From assembly GCA_047639455.1 (NCBI GenBank), contig JBLINS010000005.1, positions 1 through 60,024 on the forward strand: a stretch of DNA of 60,024 bases. Direction: 5' to 3'. This document shows, piece by piece, positions 50,557-59,934 of this stretch. This DNA comes from Candidatus Omnitrophota bacterium. GTDB taxonomy: Bacteria; Omnitrophota; Gorgyraeia; 2-02-FULL-51-18; JAGOUK01. Below the pieces are notes generated by a model. That model was not told the origin of the DNA. It made no database searches and saw only the letters and a program-made list of their open reading frames with translations. Position 1 is the stretch's first letter; the number at the start of each line of letters is the position of its first letter. Made by a program: the position numbers and the translations under genes.

Positions 50557-51294
50557 CTAGACCAAATTATCAATTGAGCCATTGCGTGTTTTGCGAATAA
50601 ATGGTTCGTACTCTTCTAACCATTTTTTCAATAGAGCTGTGACACCACGACTAGTAATCGTAGCACCGCTAATACCGTCAACCGAATGGCTTTTTTGCTC
50701 AGCATCATTAATCAATTCATCAACTTTGCCTTTGATGAGTGTGATGGAGGCTAATTGGCCATTTGAATTAAATATTTTTTTACCTATAAAATTAGAGGTG
50801 AACCACTCTTTTTCGATTTCGCCACCCAATCCAGGTGTTTCGCCATGTTTGTAAAAAGTGATGCCGCGCACGGTATTCAAATCACTCTCTAAAGCCAGAT
50901 AACCGTAGAGGGTTGACCAGAGCCCTTTACCCTCGACGGGAATGGCGAGCGCCTTAACTTTATTATTTTGAATGCGCAGGTAAGCTGTTAGCGTGTCTTC
51001 AGCCTGCTTAGGTGTTAAGTCCTCAGCGCGCTTGCCTTGCTCAACATTCCCAGAACCATCAATGACAATGCTTTGAATATTATCATCATAAAATTGAAGG
51101 ATAGCTGTTTGTGCTTCGATTGCGCTGATTTCTTCCGCCAAACCAACCGCACTAAGAATTTTTTTCTTACGATCTACGTCGACATTAATTTCTTGTTTGC
51201 TTTTTAAGCCCACGGCAGTAATGCTAATCACCGCAGAGCAGAGAATGCAAATAATGAGGGCGAATTTGAAGATATAGAATTGTCTATTTTTCAA
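50557..51294 (-). CDS. nqrC: Na+-NQR subunit C
   Basis: GKGLWS, HGETPGLGGEI, VDGISGATIT (FMN Thr). Confidence 0.96.
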   Translation of the reverse strand: MKNRQFYIFKFALIICILCSAVISITAVGLKSKQEINVDVDRKKKILSAVGLAEEISAIEAQTAILQFYDDNIQSIVIDGSGNVEQGKRAEDLTPKQAEDTLTAYLRIQNNKVKALAIPVEGKGLWSTLYGYLALESDLNTVRGITFYKHGETPGLGGEIEKEWFTSNFIGKKIFNSNGQLASITLIKGKVDELINDAEQKSHSVDGISGATITSRGVTALLKKWLEEYEPFIRKTRNGSIDNLV

Positions 51295-52474
51295 TGGCGA
51301 CCATCCGCTTTTTTATATTCACTTGGACAACATAGTGGTCGATGAGTGGTGAAAAAATATTCATGAACAGAATGGCTAACATAACACCTTCTGGATAAGC
51401 TGGATTCAAAGCGCGAATAAGAATAGCGAGTATGCCGATGAGCGAGCCATAAATCCATTTTCCCAATGGGGTATAAGCTGCCGAAACAGGATCTGTAGCC
51501 ATAAAAATCATACCAAAAGCAAATCCACCCATAACGAAATGATAATGGAATGGCAATGCTAAAAATGTTGAGGATTCAGGCCCTGAGAGTAGATTGAGCA
51601 ATGATGCCATAACAAAGCCGCCTATTAGCATACCTAGCATGACACGCCACGACGCGATGCCTGTAATTAATAGAAAGGCTGCACCCAATAAACAAGCTAA
51701 TGTTGACGTTTCTCCCAAACTACCCGGTATCATTCCTAAGAAGCAGTCCATCCAAGTAAAGTAAGACTGTTGAATCACCTCCATCACATTGGATCCAGCT
51801 GGCGCATTAGAAACGACGAGTAGTGGTGTGGCACCTGTAAAACCTTCAACTAAAGTGTCTTTATTATAATTAATAGCTGTCCAAACACGTTCGCCAGAAA
51901 TTGAGGCTGGGTAAGCAAAGAAGACAAAGGCGCGTGCCGCCAAGGCAGGGTTCAATATATTCATACCCGTGCCACCAAAAACTTCTTTAGCAATCACAAT
52001 ACCAAATGTAATACCCAAAGCAACTTGCCATAATGGAATCGTCGCGGGTAATGTAAGAGGGAATAGCATGCCAGTAACTAAAAAGCCCTCATTAATTTCA
52101 TGTTTGCGAACCAAAGCGAATAAAGCTTCCCAAAAACCACCCACCGAATAGGAGACGATGATAATAGGAACAACTTTAATGGCACCTACAAAGAAGCAGT
52201 CAACAATATGTGTTTCCAAGCCACGAGCGGCTAATGATTGGTAGCCTGCATTGAACATGGCCATGATTATGCAAGGAACTAGGGCGACAACGACGCTAAT
52301 CATAAGGCGTTTAATATCTAAATTGTCGCGAACAAACGGTCTGGTCTTAGCAATGGTTGATGGCGTCATTGCGAATGAGTCACCGGCTTCAAATAAAGGG
52401 TATAAGGCTTCTAATTTGCCACCCTTTTCAAAATGCACTTTAGTTTTTTCGAGTATATTCTCAAGAAATTTCAT
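51284..52474 (-). CDS. nqrB: Na+-NQR subunit B
   Basis: NEGFLVT, KEVFGGTG, TGATPL (FMN Thr), GETS, FMATDPV, YPEG. Confidence 0.96.
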   Translation of the reverse strand: MKFLENILEKTKVHFEKGGKLEALYPLFEAGDSFAMTPSTIAKTRPFVRDNLDIKRLMISVVVALVPCIIMAMFNAGYQSLAARGLETHIVDCFFVGAIKVVPIIIVSYSVGGFWEALFALVRKHEINEGFLVTGMLFPLTLPATIPLWQVALGITFGIVIAKEVFGGTGMNILNPALAARAFVFFAYPASISGERVWTAINYNKDTLVEGFTGATPLLVVSNAPAGSNVMEVIQQSYFTWMDCFLGMIPGSLGETSTLACLLGAAFLLITGIASWRVMLGMLIGGFVMASLLNLLSGPESSTFLALPFHYHFVMGGFAFGMIFMATDPVSAAYTPLGKWIYGSLIGILAILIRALNPAYPEGVMLAILFMNIFSPLIDHYVVQVNIKKRMVAIEK

Positions 52475-53844
52475 TATTCGAGCTCTTTCTTAATCATTTC
52501 GAGTCCGGTTTGAACTATATGGCATACATCAACCTTGGATGGGCACATGAGACTTGCTAGTGCAAAATCTTCTGGCACACATTCCAATAGCCCTAACTTT
52601 TCAGCTGTATCAATATCTTCGGCTATTATGGCTTTAATTAACGGTAATGCAAAAATATCTAAAGGTAAGTATTTGTCGTAGACATCCGTTGCCACTATGG
52701 CTCTTAAGCCGCCATGGATATTGGTGGTGACAGATAATGGCTTGGTTGGGTTTAGAGCCGAAAGGAATGATCTTGAGAAGCTAAATTTGTCAGCTCCGGG
52801 ATCCATCCAGCCTAGGAGTTCGCGTGTTTTTCCTTCTGCCAAAACAGTTAGATCACAGCGGTAATAGGCTAAATAGCCTGTTTCGGAATTCAAAAATCCG
52901 TTTAAGACAGATCCGGAGACATAGCTCAATAACTCATGTGTTGTGAGCTTGTCCTTGGTTATGTCTTGAATGCTGGCACCTGAACGCGTTAAATAATGCT
53001 TTGGTTCTAAAACAGCAGGTCCGGCTAGAGCAATGATTCTTTCGACCGGAAGTTTGCCTTCTAAAAGGAAGCGGCCAATCAAGGCTACTTCAACCGCATT
53101 GATAGTCCAGGCCACTTCACCTTTTTTAAGGCGCTCAATATGCAATATGTGTACGCTAGGGTTGCCGGCGGGATGTTCGCCAGAAAACTCATGAATATCA
53201 ACACCGTCTAAATCTGTAAAGGCATCAATTTTTTCTATATCGCCTTTTTCAACAGACAAGTAGACCTTGCCTTCAGTTAAACGCTTCATGGCTTTAACTC
53301 CCGCGTGAAAAGCCTTTTTTTGATTCAAAAGGAGGACATTCATCTTGGCGGATAGAGGCTCTGTGCTCATGCCATTAATGAATATTGAGCGGGGAGTGAC
53401 GCTAGGATTAGCTAAAGTTGCAAAAGGTCTTTGTCTCAAATAGGGCCAAACACCACCCTCGAGCATTAGGGACTTAAGCTCGTCTAGAGAAATTCCTTCA
53501 AAGTCAGCGCCTTCCAAAACCCTATGAGAGACAGAATCTTCCTTTGCTGCCAATTCAATAATAATATTCTGCAAAGAACGTCGTTCGCCACGATTGATTT
53601 CAACAACAGTACCGGCGCCTGGAGAGACGAATTTGACTTCGGGATGCAATTTGTCATGGAAGAGTGTTTGACCGATTTTGACCTTGTCACCCACAGCTAC
53701 TTCCAGCTTAGGCTTTATATAGGGAAAGGACTGAGCTGATAAAGCCACGCGACCCGTATTTGGTGCGGCTTGAACGCTTTCTAGCGGCTCGCCTAAAATG
53801 TTGAGGTTCCGACCTTTTTTGATATGAGTATGCGGTATTTCCAT
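52474..53844 (-). CDS. nqrA: Na+-NQR subunit A
   Basis: IKKG, RGERR, RQRPF, HPAGN, EDFAL...CPSK. Confidence 0.95.
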   Translation of the reverse strand: MEIPHTHIKKGRNLNILGEPLESVQAAPNTGRVALSAQSFPYIKPKLEVAVGDKVKIGQTLFHDKLHPEVKFVSPGAGTVVEINRGERRSLQNIIIELAAKEDSVSHRVLEGADFEGISLDELKSLMLEGGVWPYLRQRPFATLANPSVTPRSIFINGMSTEPLSAKMNVLLLNQKKAFHAGVKAMKRLTEGKVYLSVEKGDIEKIDAFTDLDGVDIHEFSGEHPAGNPSVHILHIERLKKGEVAWTINAVEVALIGRFLLEGKLPVERIIALAGPAVLEPKHYLTRSGASIQDITKDKLTTHELLSYVSGSVLNGFLNSETGYLAYYRCDLTVLAEGKTRELLGWMDPGADKFSFSRSFLSALNPTKPLSVTTNIHGGLRAIVATDVYDKYLPLDIFALPLIKAIIAEDIDTAEKLGLLECVPEDFALASLMCPSKVDVCHIVQTGLEMIKKELE

Positions 53845-54106
53845 TAAAAGCCTAATTTGTATAGATTGATAAGTTGGGTTGATGAAATCGAGCTAACTTC
53901 CAAAATTTAATCTGCGCATTCTATCACACGCCGCAAGACGATGAAAGCGTGAATATCAATTTATTTTAACAAAACTTAACAAAAAGCGATACGGACATTT
54001 TTTTTGGTGTCGGAATCTGGATTTTAATGAGATATCCGAGCTGCGAATATGTCTAAGTAGCATTTTGCGCCATTTTTGAAATGGTTTGGTATACTGTCCA
54101 CCGACA

Positions 54107-55105
54107 ATGGAATCAAAGCTTTTTCTCCTTATACTCTTATTTATTCTTTTCATCCTTTCGGCGATATTCTCAGGTGCCGAGGCCGCGTATATTTCTATTA
54201 ATAAAATTCGTTTACGGCATATGCGTGAACAAAAGAAAAAAGGCGCTGAACATATTTGGCGCTTAGTCCTGCGCATGGAAGAAGTGATCACGACCATTTT
54301 AGTTTGCAATAATCTTGTTAATACGGCCATAGCTGCGATTGTAGCTATACTTTTTGTTGACATGTTTGGACCACATTGGGGCATACTTTTGTCAACGGTG
54401 GCTGTTACATTAACCTTACTTATTTTTTGCGAGACAACGCCAAAAATATATGCGACGCATAATTCTGAATCTGTGAGTTTTGGTTTTCGGCACATAATTT
54501 CTTTTTTGATCGTACTCTTTAATCCCTTGGTGCGTATATGCAATAGGATTAGCGCATTTTTAATTCGACTATGCGGGGTTAAGCCCAGTAAGCGCGCGCC
54601 CTTGGTGACCGAAGAAGAAATTAAGCTCATGATACGCATAGGTAAGGATGAAGGATATTACGGCGATGATGAACGAAAAATGCTTGAACGTATTTTTCAA
54701 TTTGATGAAATTGATGTGTATGATGTTATGACGTCTTTTGATGGCATGGTCAGCGTGGACGCGGGCATTGATGACGATGATTTGGCCAATATTTTGATGG
54801 AAAAGGGACATAATCGGATTCCAGTATATAAGGAAAACAAACAAAATATTATTGGGATTCTTTATGTGCATGACTTGCTGTATTTGATAAAGAATAATGA
54901 TTTGATCAAAATTCAGGATTTGTTGAGTGCGCCATATTATGTGCCGCCTGACAAAAAAGTTAGTGTTTTGCTTAAGGAATTCCAGACCAAAAAAATTCAA
55001 ATTGCGCTTGTGCGAGCTAAGACGGGCAAAATACTTGGCTTAGTAACGTTAACCGATTTGCTTGAAGAAATTGTTGGCGAAATTGAAGAGGTTACTCCTA
55101 TATAG
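54107..55105 (+). CDS. CNNM/DUF21 + CBS domain protein (HlyC/CorC family)
   Basis: FSGAEAA, TILVCNNLVN, ETTPK, RIPVY, DLLEEIVGEI; ATG 54107 follows TGG-TATACT. Confidence 0.92.
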   Translation: MESKLFLLILLFILFILSAIFSGAEAAYISINKIRLRHMREQKKKGAEHIWRLVLRMEEVITTILVCNNLVNTAIAAIVAILFVDMFGPHWGILLSTVAVTLTLLIFCETTPKIYATHNSESVSFGFRHIISFLIVLFNPLVRICNRISAFLIRLCGVKPSKRAPLVTEEEIKLMIRIGKDEGYYGDDERKMLERIFQFDEIDVYDVMTSFDGMVSVDAGIDDDDLANILMEKGHNRIPVYKENKQNIIGILYVHDLLYLIKNNDLIKIQDLLSAPYYVPPDKKVSVLLKEFQTKKIQIALVRAKTGKILGLVTLTDLLEEIVGEIEEVTPI

Positions 55106-55144
55106 ACGTTGTCATTGCGGTGCGGCGCAAAGCTTATTCATTCC

Positions 55145-55281
55145 GTCATTGCGAGGCGCGCGAAGCAGCAACGAAGGCCGGTTTCGTTCTAACTACACCG
55201 GCATTGGTGTCCTGGCTTTGTGGCCAGGCACGGGCACAATCTAGACTAGGATTGCCACGTCGCTTCGCTCCTCGCAATGAC
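55145..55281. repeat. REP doublet, best-conserved copy of the GTCATTGCGAG family
   Basis: GTCATTGCGAG...CAATCT then GGATTGCCACGTCGCTTCGCTCCTCGCAATGAC; shares CACCGGCATT(A)GGTGTC with 11291. Confidence 0.85.
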
Positions 55282-55331
55282 GAGGCGCTGTGGCACAGGC
55301 TAAGTAATTATAAATAAGGTAGACTACACGA

Positions 55332-55901
55332 ATGCTTATTCCATATAGAGATTTTAGACCCAAAATTAATAAAGATGCTTTTGTGGCACCGACGGCTGAT
55401 TTGATTGGCCAAGTCACAATTGCCAAAGACGCGAGTATTTGGTTTGGGGCTGTTTTGCGTGGTGATATTAATGCTGTGCGTGTAGGGCAGGGATCTAATG
55501 TGCAAGACAATGCGGTTTTGCATGTAGAAAAAAACACGCCTTGCATTGTTAAAAAAAATGTCACCATAGGTCATCAAGCCACCGTGCATGCTTGCACTAT
55601 TGAGAATTCAGCGCTTATAGGTATTGGCGCGCGTGTATTGAATCATGCTGTTGTGGGTCACCATTCTTTAATTGCTGCTGGAGCTATTGTTTTGGAGGGA
55701 GTTAAAATCCCACCACGTTCTTTGGTTATTGGATTACCGGGTAAGGTTGTTCGAAAATTGACGGACCGCGAAATCACTGCATTGGATCAGTCTGCCAGCA
55801 ATTACATTAAATTATCCAAAGAGTACAAATCTTTATCCACAGCACTTACCCACCCAATGAGCATGAGTCCCATCGAAGACTTAAGCCGGATCTTTGGTTA
55901 G
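55332..55901 (+). CDS. gamma carbonic anhydrase family protein
   Basis: VLRGD, SNVQDN..LH, TIGH..VHAC, hexapeptide repeats. Confidence 0.93.
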   Translation: MLIPYRDFRPKINKDAFVAPTADLIGQVTIAKDASIWFGAVLRGDINAVRVGQGSNVQDNAVLHVEKNTPCIVKKNVTIGHQATVHACTIENSALIGIGARVLNHAVVGHHSLIAAGAIVLEGVKIPPRSLVIGLPGKVVRKLTDREITALDQSASNYIKLSKEYKSLSTALTHPMSMSPIEDLSRIFG

Positions 55902-55907
55902 CACATT

Positions 55908-55949
55908 TTATTACAAAGTATTGACATTGTAATAATTATATGGTATAAA
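55908..55949 (+). promoter_or_regulatory. TA promoter with operator
   Basis: TTGACA-17 nt-TATAAA with TG extension; TTATTACAA-N10-TTGTAATAA inverted repeat straddles the -35. Confidence 0.8.
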
Positions 55950-55954
55950 TAAGT

Positions 55955-56221
55955 ATGCTTACATACAGGTGGGACCCCAAAAAGAATGAAAAACTTTTGG
56001 CTGAAAGAGACATCTCATTTGATGAAATTATCGAAAGAATTAATGCTGGTTATTTATTAGACATTATACCTGGAGCTAAAGACTACAAGCATCAAAATCA
56101 ACTTATAGTTAATGTTGAGCAATATGTTTATATTATTCCATTTGTACGATCAAATGATGAGATATTTCTCAAAACAATTATACCGAGCCGAAAATTGACC
56201 AAGATATACCTTCAAATATGA
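55955..56221 (+). CDS. brnT: BrnT-family toxin
   Basis: WD..KNEKL..ER.ISF, IFLKTIIPSRK; toxin-first pair. Confidence 0.85.
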   Translation: MLTYRWDPKKNEKLLAERDISFDEIIERINAGYLLDIIPGAKDYKHQNQLIVNVEQYVYIIPFVRSNDEIFLKTIIPSRKLTKIYLQI

Positions 56222-56230
56222 GGTGAACGA

Positions 56231-56518
56231 ATGGTAAATAAAAAAAGTAAATTAGATAAAGAAGAAAAAGAGATTCTTGAAGCCATTGAAAGTGGTGCCT
56301 GGAAACCTATTAAGATGAAGGCTAATGAGCGTCAAGAATATATTGATGCTGCACGTAATACAATGCGTAAAGACTCACATTTAAATATTAGAATTTCTAA
56401 AGCAGATCTTGAGGGCTTGAAAGTAAAGGCAGTTAGAGAGGGCATGCCCTATCAAACGCTAATTGCTAGTATATTGCATAAATATCTCAACGGCTCGCTC
56501 TTGCCTAGGCCAGCTTAA
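56231..56518 (+). CDS. brnA: BrnA/CopG-like RHH antitoxin
   Basis: LDKEEKEIL; NIRIS..DL..LK.KA..EGMPYQTLI.S.LH. Confidence 0.85.
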   Translation: MVNKKSKLDKEEKEILEAIESGAWKPIKMKANERQEYIDAARNTMRKDSHLNIRISKADLEGLKVKAVREGMPYQTLIASILHKYLNGSLLPRPA

Positions 56519-56535
56519 ATCGATAACGGCATTTT

Positions 56536-57195
56536 ATGAATCATAAGAGTCAAACTCTTTACTTAGTTAGACATGGCGAGTCGAAATCCAATGATATGAA
56601 TCGCATTCAAGGCCATTCGGACTCTGGTTTAACGCAGAGGGGTTTGCGTCAGGCGCGCAAGGTTGCTCAAAGACTTAAACGTGTACCCTTTGCAAAAATG
56701 TATTGCAGCGACTTGGGCCGCGCGCATGCAACGGGGTTGACTATCGCCAAGGTGATGAAAAAACGTTTAATTAAAGACGAAACATTAAGAGAAATTATGT
56801 TGGGTGAGTGGGAAGGCTTGAGCACTAAAGAAGTTGATGAACAATACAATCAAGGCTATCAACAATGGATTCAATCACCTAGCCAAATGGTGATACCCAA
56901 AGCTGAAAAAGTTAAAGCTTTTCATAAACGCGTCCGAAATTCAATTGACAATATCATGCTCAAAGATTTGAAGGGACCAATATTAGTTGTGACACATGGA
57001 GGCGTGATTGCTTCGCTGTTATCGAATTGGCTCAAGGCGGACTTTGATACTGTATTGCTAAATTTGAGAGTTGATAATACAAGTGTCACTATAGTCGAAA
57101 AAAACTCTAGTCGAATCAAAATCCATACATTGAATGATGTGCGCCATTTGGATTCCACAGATATAAATCAAAAGAATATATTCACTAATCGATGA
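56536..57195 (+). CDS. histidine phosphatase family protein (GpmB/CobC-like)
   Basis: LVRHGES, SDL.RA..T, LRE...GEWEG, VTHGG. Confidence 0.92.
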   Translation: MNHKSQTLYLVRHGESKSNDMNRIQGHSDSGLTQRGLRQARKVAQRLKRVPFAKMYCSDLGRAHATGLTIAKVMKKRLIKDETLREIMLGEWEGLSTKEVDEQYNQGYQQWIQSPSQMVIPKAEKVKAFHKRVRNSIDNIMLKDLKGPILVVTHGGVIASLLSNWLKADFDTVLLNLRVDNTSVTIVEKNSSRIKIHTLNDVRHLDSTDINQKNIFTNR

Positions 57196-58223
57196 AAAAA
57201 AATATTATTGAATTCTCACTTGAAGAATTAAAAGAAGACTTTGTCAAAAATGGTTTTGAGCCCTTTAGGGCTGAGCAAGTCTTTGATTGGATACTCAATA
57301 AGACCGTTTTTAATTGGGATGATATGCGTAATTTGTCCAAAGAATTTAGGGCGCAATTAGAGTCAAAATACAATATTGATTTGGGAGAAATTGACCAAAA
57401 AGAAATTTCAAAAGAAGATGATAGCATTAAGTTGTTAATTCGTTTAGCTGATAAACAATTAGTCGAAACGGTATTAATACCCCGAGGCAAGCGCCGCACG
57501 GTATGTGTATCAAGCCAAGTCGGATGCAAATTTGGATGCATTTTTTGCGCGAGTGGCCAGGCGGGTTTTGCGCGTGACTTAACGGCCGGTGAGATTATGT
57601 TACAAATAGTGCAGGCTAAAAAACTGTCAGACACTAAAGAGATAACGCATATTGTTTTTATGGGTATGGGCGAACCCTTTGACAATTATGAGCAAGTTAT
57701 GGAATCCATTAAGCGCATTAATAGCCCCAATGGTTTTGGCATAGGAGCTCGCCGTATCACTGTGTCTACATCGGGTATTGTTAAACAAATGCAAGAATTT
57801 GCTAATAAAGATGTTCAAGCTGAATTATCTATTTCATTACATGGGCCCAATGATGAAATACGCGGTCAATTAATGCCCATTAATCAGAAGTGGCCAGTCA
57901 AAGAATTAATTCAAGCTTGTAAAGACTATACAAACCAAACCAAGCGTATTATTACTTTTGAATATTTACTGGCTAAGGGATTAAATGAATCAACAGTTCA
58001 AGCGAGAGAATTGTGTCGTTTATTAAAGGGTTTGGATTGCAAGGTGAATTTAATACCTCTTAATCCGATTAAAGAATTCCCTTACGAGCGCCCGACTTAT
58101 AAAGAGATACGGGCCTTTCAAAGAGCTTTGGTGCACGGTGGCGTTAAGGCAACGGTGCGCTTTTCACGCGGTAATGATATTAATGCAGCTTGTGGACAAC
58201 TAAGAAGGCAGGCAACTCAATGA
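57192..58223 (+). CDS. rlmN: 23S rRNA/tRNA m2A methyltransferase RlmN
   Basis: CVSSQVGCKFGCIFCASG, MGMGEP, SLH, NLIP, AACGQL. Confidence 0.97.
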   Translation: MKKNIIEFSLEELKEDFVKNGFEPFRAEQVFDWILNKTVFNWDDMRNLSKEFRAQLESKYNIDLGEIDQKEISKEDDSIKLLIRLADKQLVETVLIPRGKRRTVCVSSQVGCKFGCIFCASGQAGFARDLTAGEIMLQIVQAKKLSDTKEITHIVFMGMGEPFDNYEQVMESIKRINSPNGFGIGARRITVSTSGIVKQMQEFANKDVQAELSISLHGPNDEIRGQLMPINQKWPVKELIQACKDYTNQTKRIITFEYLLAKGLNESTVQARELCRLLKGLDCKVNLIPLNPIKEFPYERPTYKEIRAFQRALVHGGVKATVRFSRGNDINAACGQLRRQATQ

Positions 58224-58756
58224 AATTAAACCAAAATTTAGTGATATTAAGTTTATTAATATCCCTGTCCGGATGTACCGGCGATGTTTTTGATCAGACT
58301 ATAAATATGAATGCGAAGACAGCTAATGCAGAGCTGACTTTGGCGCCTGACTTCACGCTTTCAGAATTGGGTGGTGGCCAAGTGACATTAAGCGAGTTTA
58401 GGGGGCAGAAGCCCGTGTTATTGGTATTTTGGGCATCTTGGTGCGGTTATTGCCGCCAAGAAGTACCTAGAGCGAATGCTTTGCGCCGCATGCATTCAAC
58501 GGATGACTTAGAAATTTTGGGCGTGAATTTGCAAGAGTCCGAACAAACCGCAGCAGCCTTCGCCACCAAATTAAACTTTGGTTATCGCGTTATTATGGAT
58601 TCTCGTGGTGATGTGGCGAATTTATACCATGTCCAGGGCCTGCCGACTATGATACTTATTGATGCACAAGGGCAGGCTATAGCCAAAGCACATACATTAG
58701 GGCCAGAATTAAATGAAATTATTCGTCGCAAAGTTAATGAGGCGAAGACACAATGA
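58220..58756 (+). CDS. TlpA-family thiol-disulfide oxidoreductase lipoprotein
   Basis: LSGC lipobox, APDFTL, FWASWCGYC, GLPT. Confidence 0.9.
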   Translation: MKLNQNLVILSLLISLSGCTGDVFDQTINMNAKTANAELTLAPDFTLSELGGGQVTLSEFRGQKPVLLVFWASWCGYCRQEVPRANALRRMHSTDDLEILGVNLQESEQTAAAFATKLNFGYRVIMDSRGDVANLYHVQGLPTMILIDAQGQAIAKAHTLGPELNEIIRRKVNEAKTQ

Positions 58757-59367
58757 TTAATTTAATTTCGCGTGGCGGGCCGGTAATGGCAATATTGATT
58801 ACCTTATCCGTAGTGGTATTGGGATTCATTACCGAGAGATTGATTTATTGGTGGGGTTTGAAGCGCTGTATTAAGTCGGTGGTCTTAGAAGATGCATTGA
58901 GTTTATTATTTACGCAGGGCATTGACTCATTCCGTAATGCTTATCAATCTTCACTGGATCCGCTCATACAAGTTTTTTTAAATTCTATCAATGTGCCCAA
59001 CATTGTATTAAAGGAACGTTTGTCCAAAGGTGTCGAACAAATCACTGATGAATCCACACAATTTTTGCCCATTATTTCAACCATAGTTACTTTGGCACCC
59101 CTGCTGGGTATATTGGGCACGGTTACAGGCATTATGTCGTCGTTTAAGATTCTTGGTATGGAAACTATTGCTGATCCGCATCAGGTTACATTGGGCATTG
59201 CTCAAGCTTTAATCACCACAGCGGCAGGGTTAGCCATAGCCATGTTTGGGCTTATTTTTTATAATTATTTTTTGCATTGTAGTCAAAAGCTTGAATCTAG
59301 AAATCAAGCGCATGCAAATGAATTTGCAGCAATTCTTCTGTCGTTGAGAAATAATTCTAATTCATGA
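58753..59367 (+). CDS. exbB: MotA/TolQ/ExbB proton channel
   Basis: APLLGILGTVTG, GIAQALITTAAGL. Confidence 0.9.
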   Translation: MINLISRGGPVMAILITLSVVVLGFITERLIYWWGLKRCIKSVVLEDALSLLFTQGIDSFRNAYQSSLDPLIQVFLNSINVPNIVLKERLSKGVEQITDESTQFLPIISTIVTLAPLLGILGTVTGIMSSFKILGMETIADPHQVTLGIAQALITTAAGLAIAMFGLIFYNYFLHCSQKLESRNQAHANEFAAILLSLRNNSNS

Positions 59368-59786
59368 GTAGCTTAAAATCATTAGGCACACCCAAAATAG
59401 AAATGCTACCTTTGGTTGATGTGATGTTTTTGTTATTGGCTGCATTTGTTTTGGCGAGTGCACAAATGACATCAGCTAAGGGTATACCCGTGGGTTTGGC
59501 TGAGGCTCAGCATGCTAATCAATTGATTGCTCAAAAGGATAATGTGTATTTGTCGATTGATGCTGAAGGACTACCCTATTGGGATGGAGAAGCAGTTTCT
59601 GTACCCGACTTGAACCTCAAATTGCATGATATATCTGTATTAAGAAATCGCAAAATCATATTACAAGCTGATGCAAATACTCGCCATCAATCCGTGATTA
59701 GAATTATGGACTTGATGCGTCAAAATCAAATATTCGATGTAGTCATGTCAGTAACTGATAAAAATAATTCATCTAATAGTCTTTGA
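59364..59786 (+). CDS. exbD: biopolymer transporter ExbD
   Basis: PLVDVMFLLL, AD......V..MD. Confidence 0.9.
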   Translation: MSSLKSLGTPKIEMLPLVDVMFLLLAAFVLASAQMTSAKGIPVGLAEAQHANQLIAQKDNVYLSIDAEGLPYWDGEAVSVPDLNLKLHDISVLRNRKIILQADANTRHQSVIRIMDLMRQNQIFDVVMSVTDKNNSSNSL

Positions 59787-59796
59787 AGCTGTTAAG

Positions 59797-59886
59797 AGGT
59801 CTACGTGGTAAGGCCTCTTCTAAAAATGACAAACAAAATTCTGATAAACAATGTCATTTTTCTCCGAGACCTCACCACGCAGACCT
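59797..59886. mobile_element. 90-bp MITE-like long inverted repeat
   Basis: AGGTCTACGTGGTAAGGCCTC-ttct-AAAAATGACA versus reverse complement of right arm AGGTCTGCGTGGTGAGGTCTC-ggag-AAAAATGACA; 20-nt spacer. Confidence 0.6.
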
Positions 59887-59934
59887 AATAAGAACTCTAA
59901 AAATAAATTGGTAAGAAACTAAATAAGTAAGGGT

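Noticed and set aside
53956-54639. 227-aa minus-strand ORF
   Set aside because: Antisense shadow of the CNNM gene; no recognisable motifs
55241-55567. Minus-strand 108-aa ORF ending RHCEERSDVAI, and other short ORFs over repeats (5673, 24156, 42184, 55120)
   Set aside because: Translations of the REP elements or shadows of real genes; no RBS or domain
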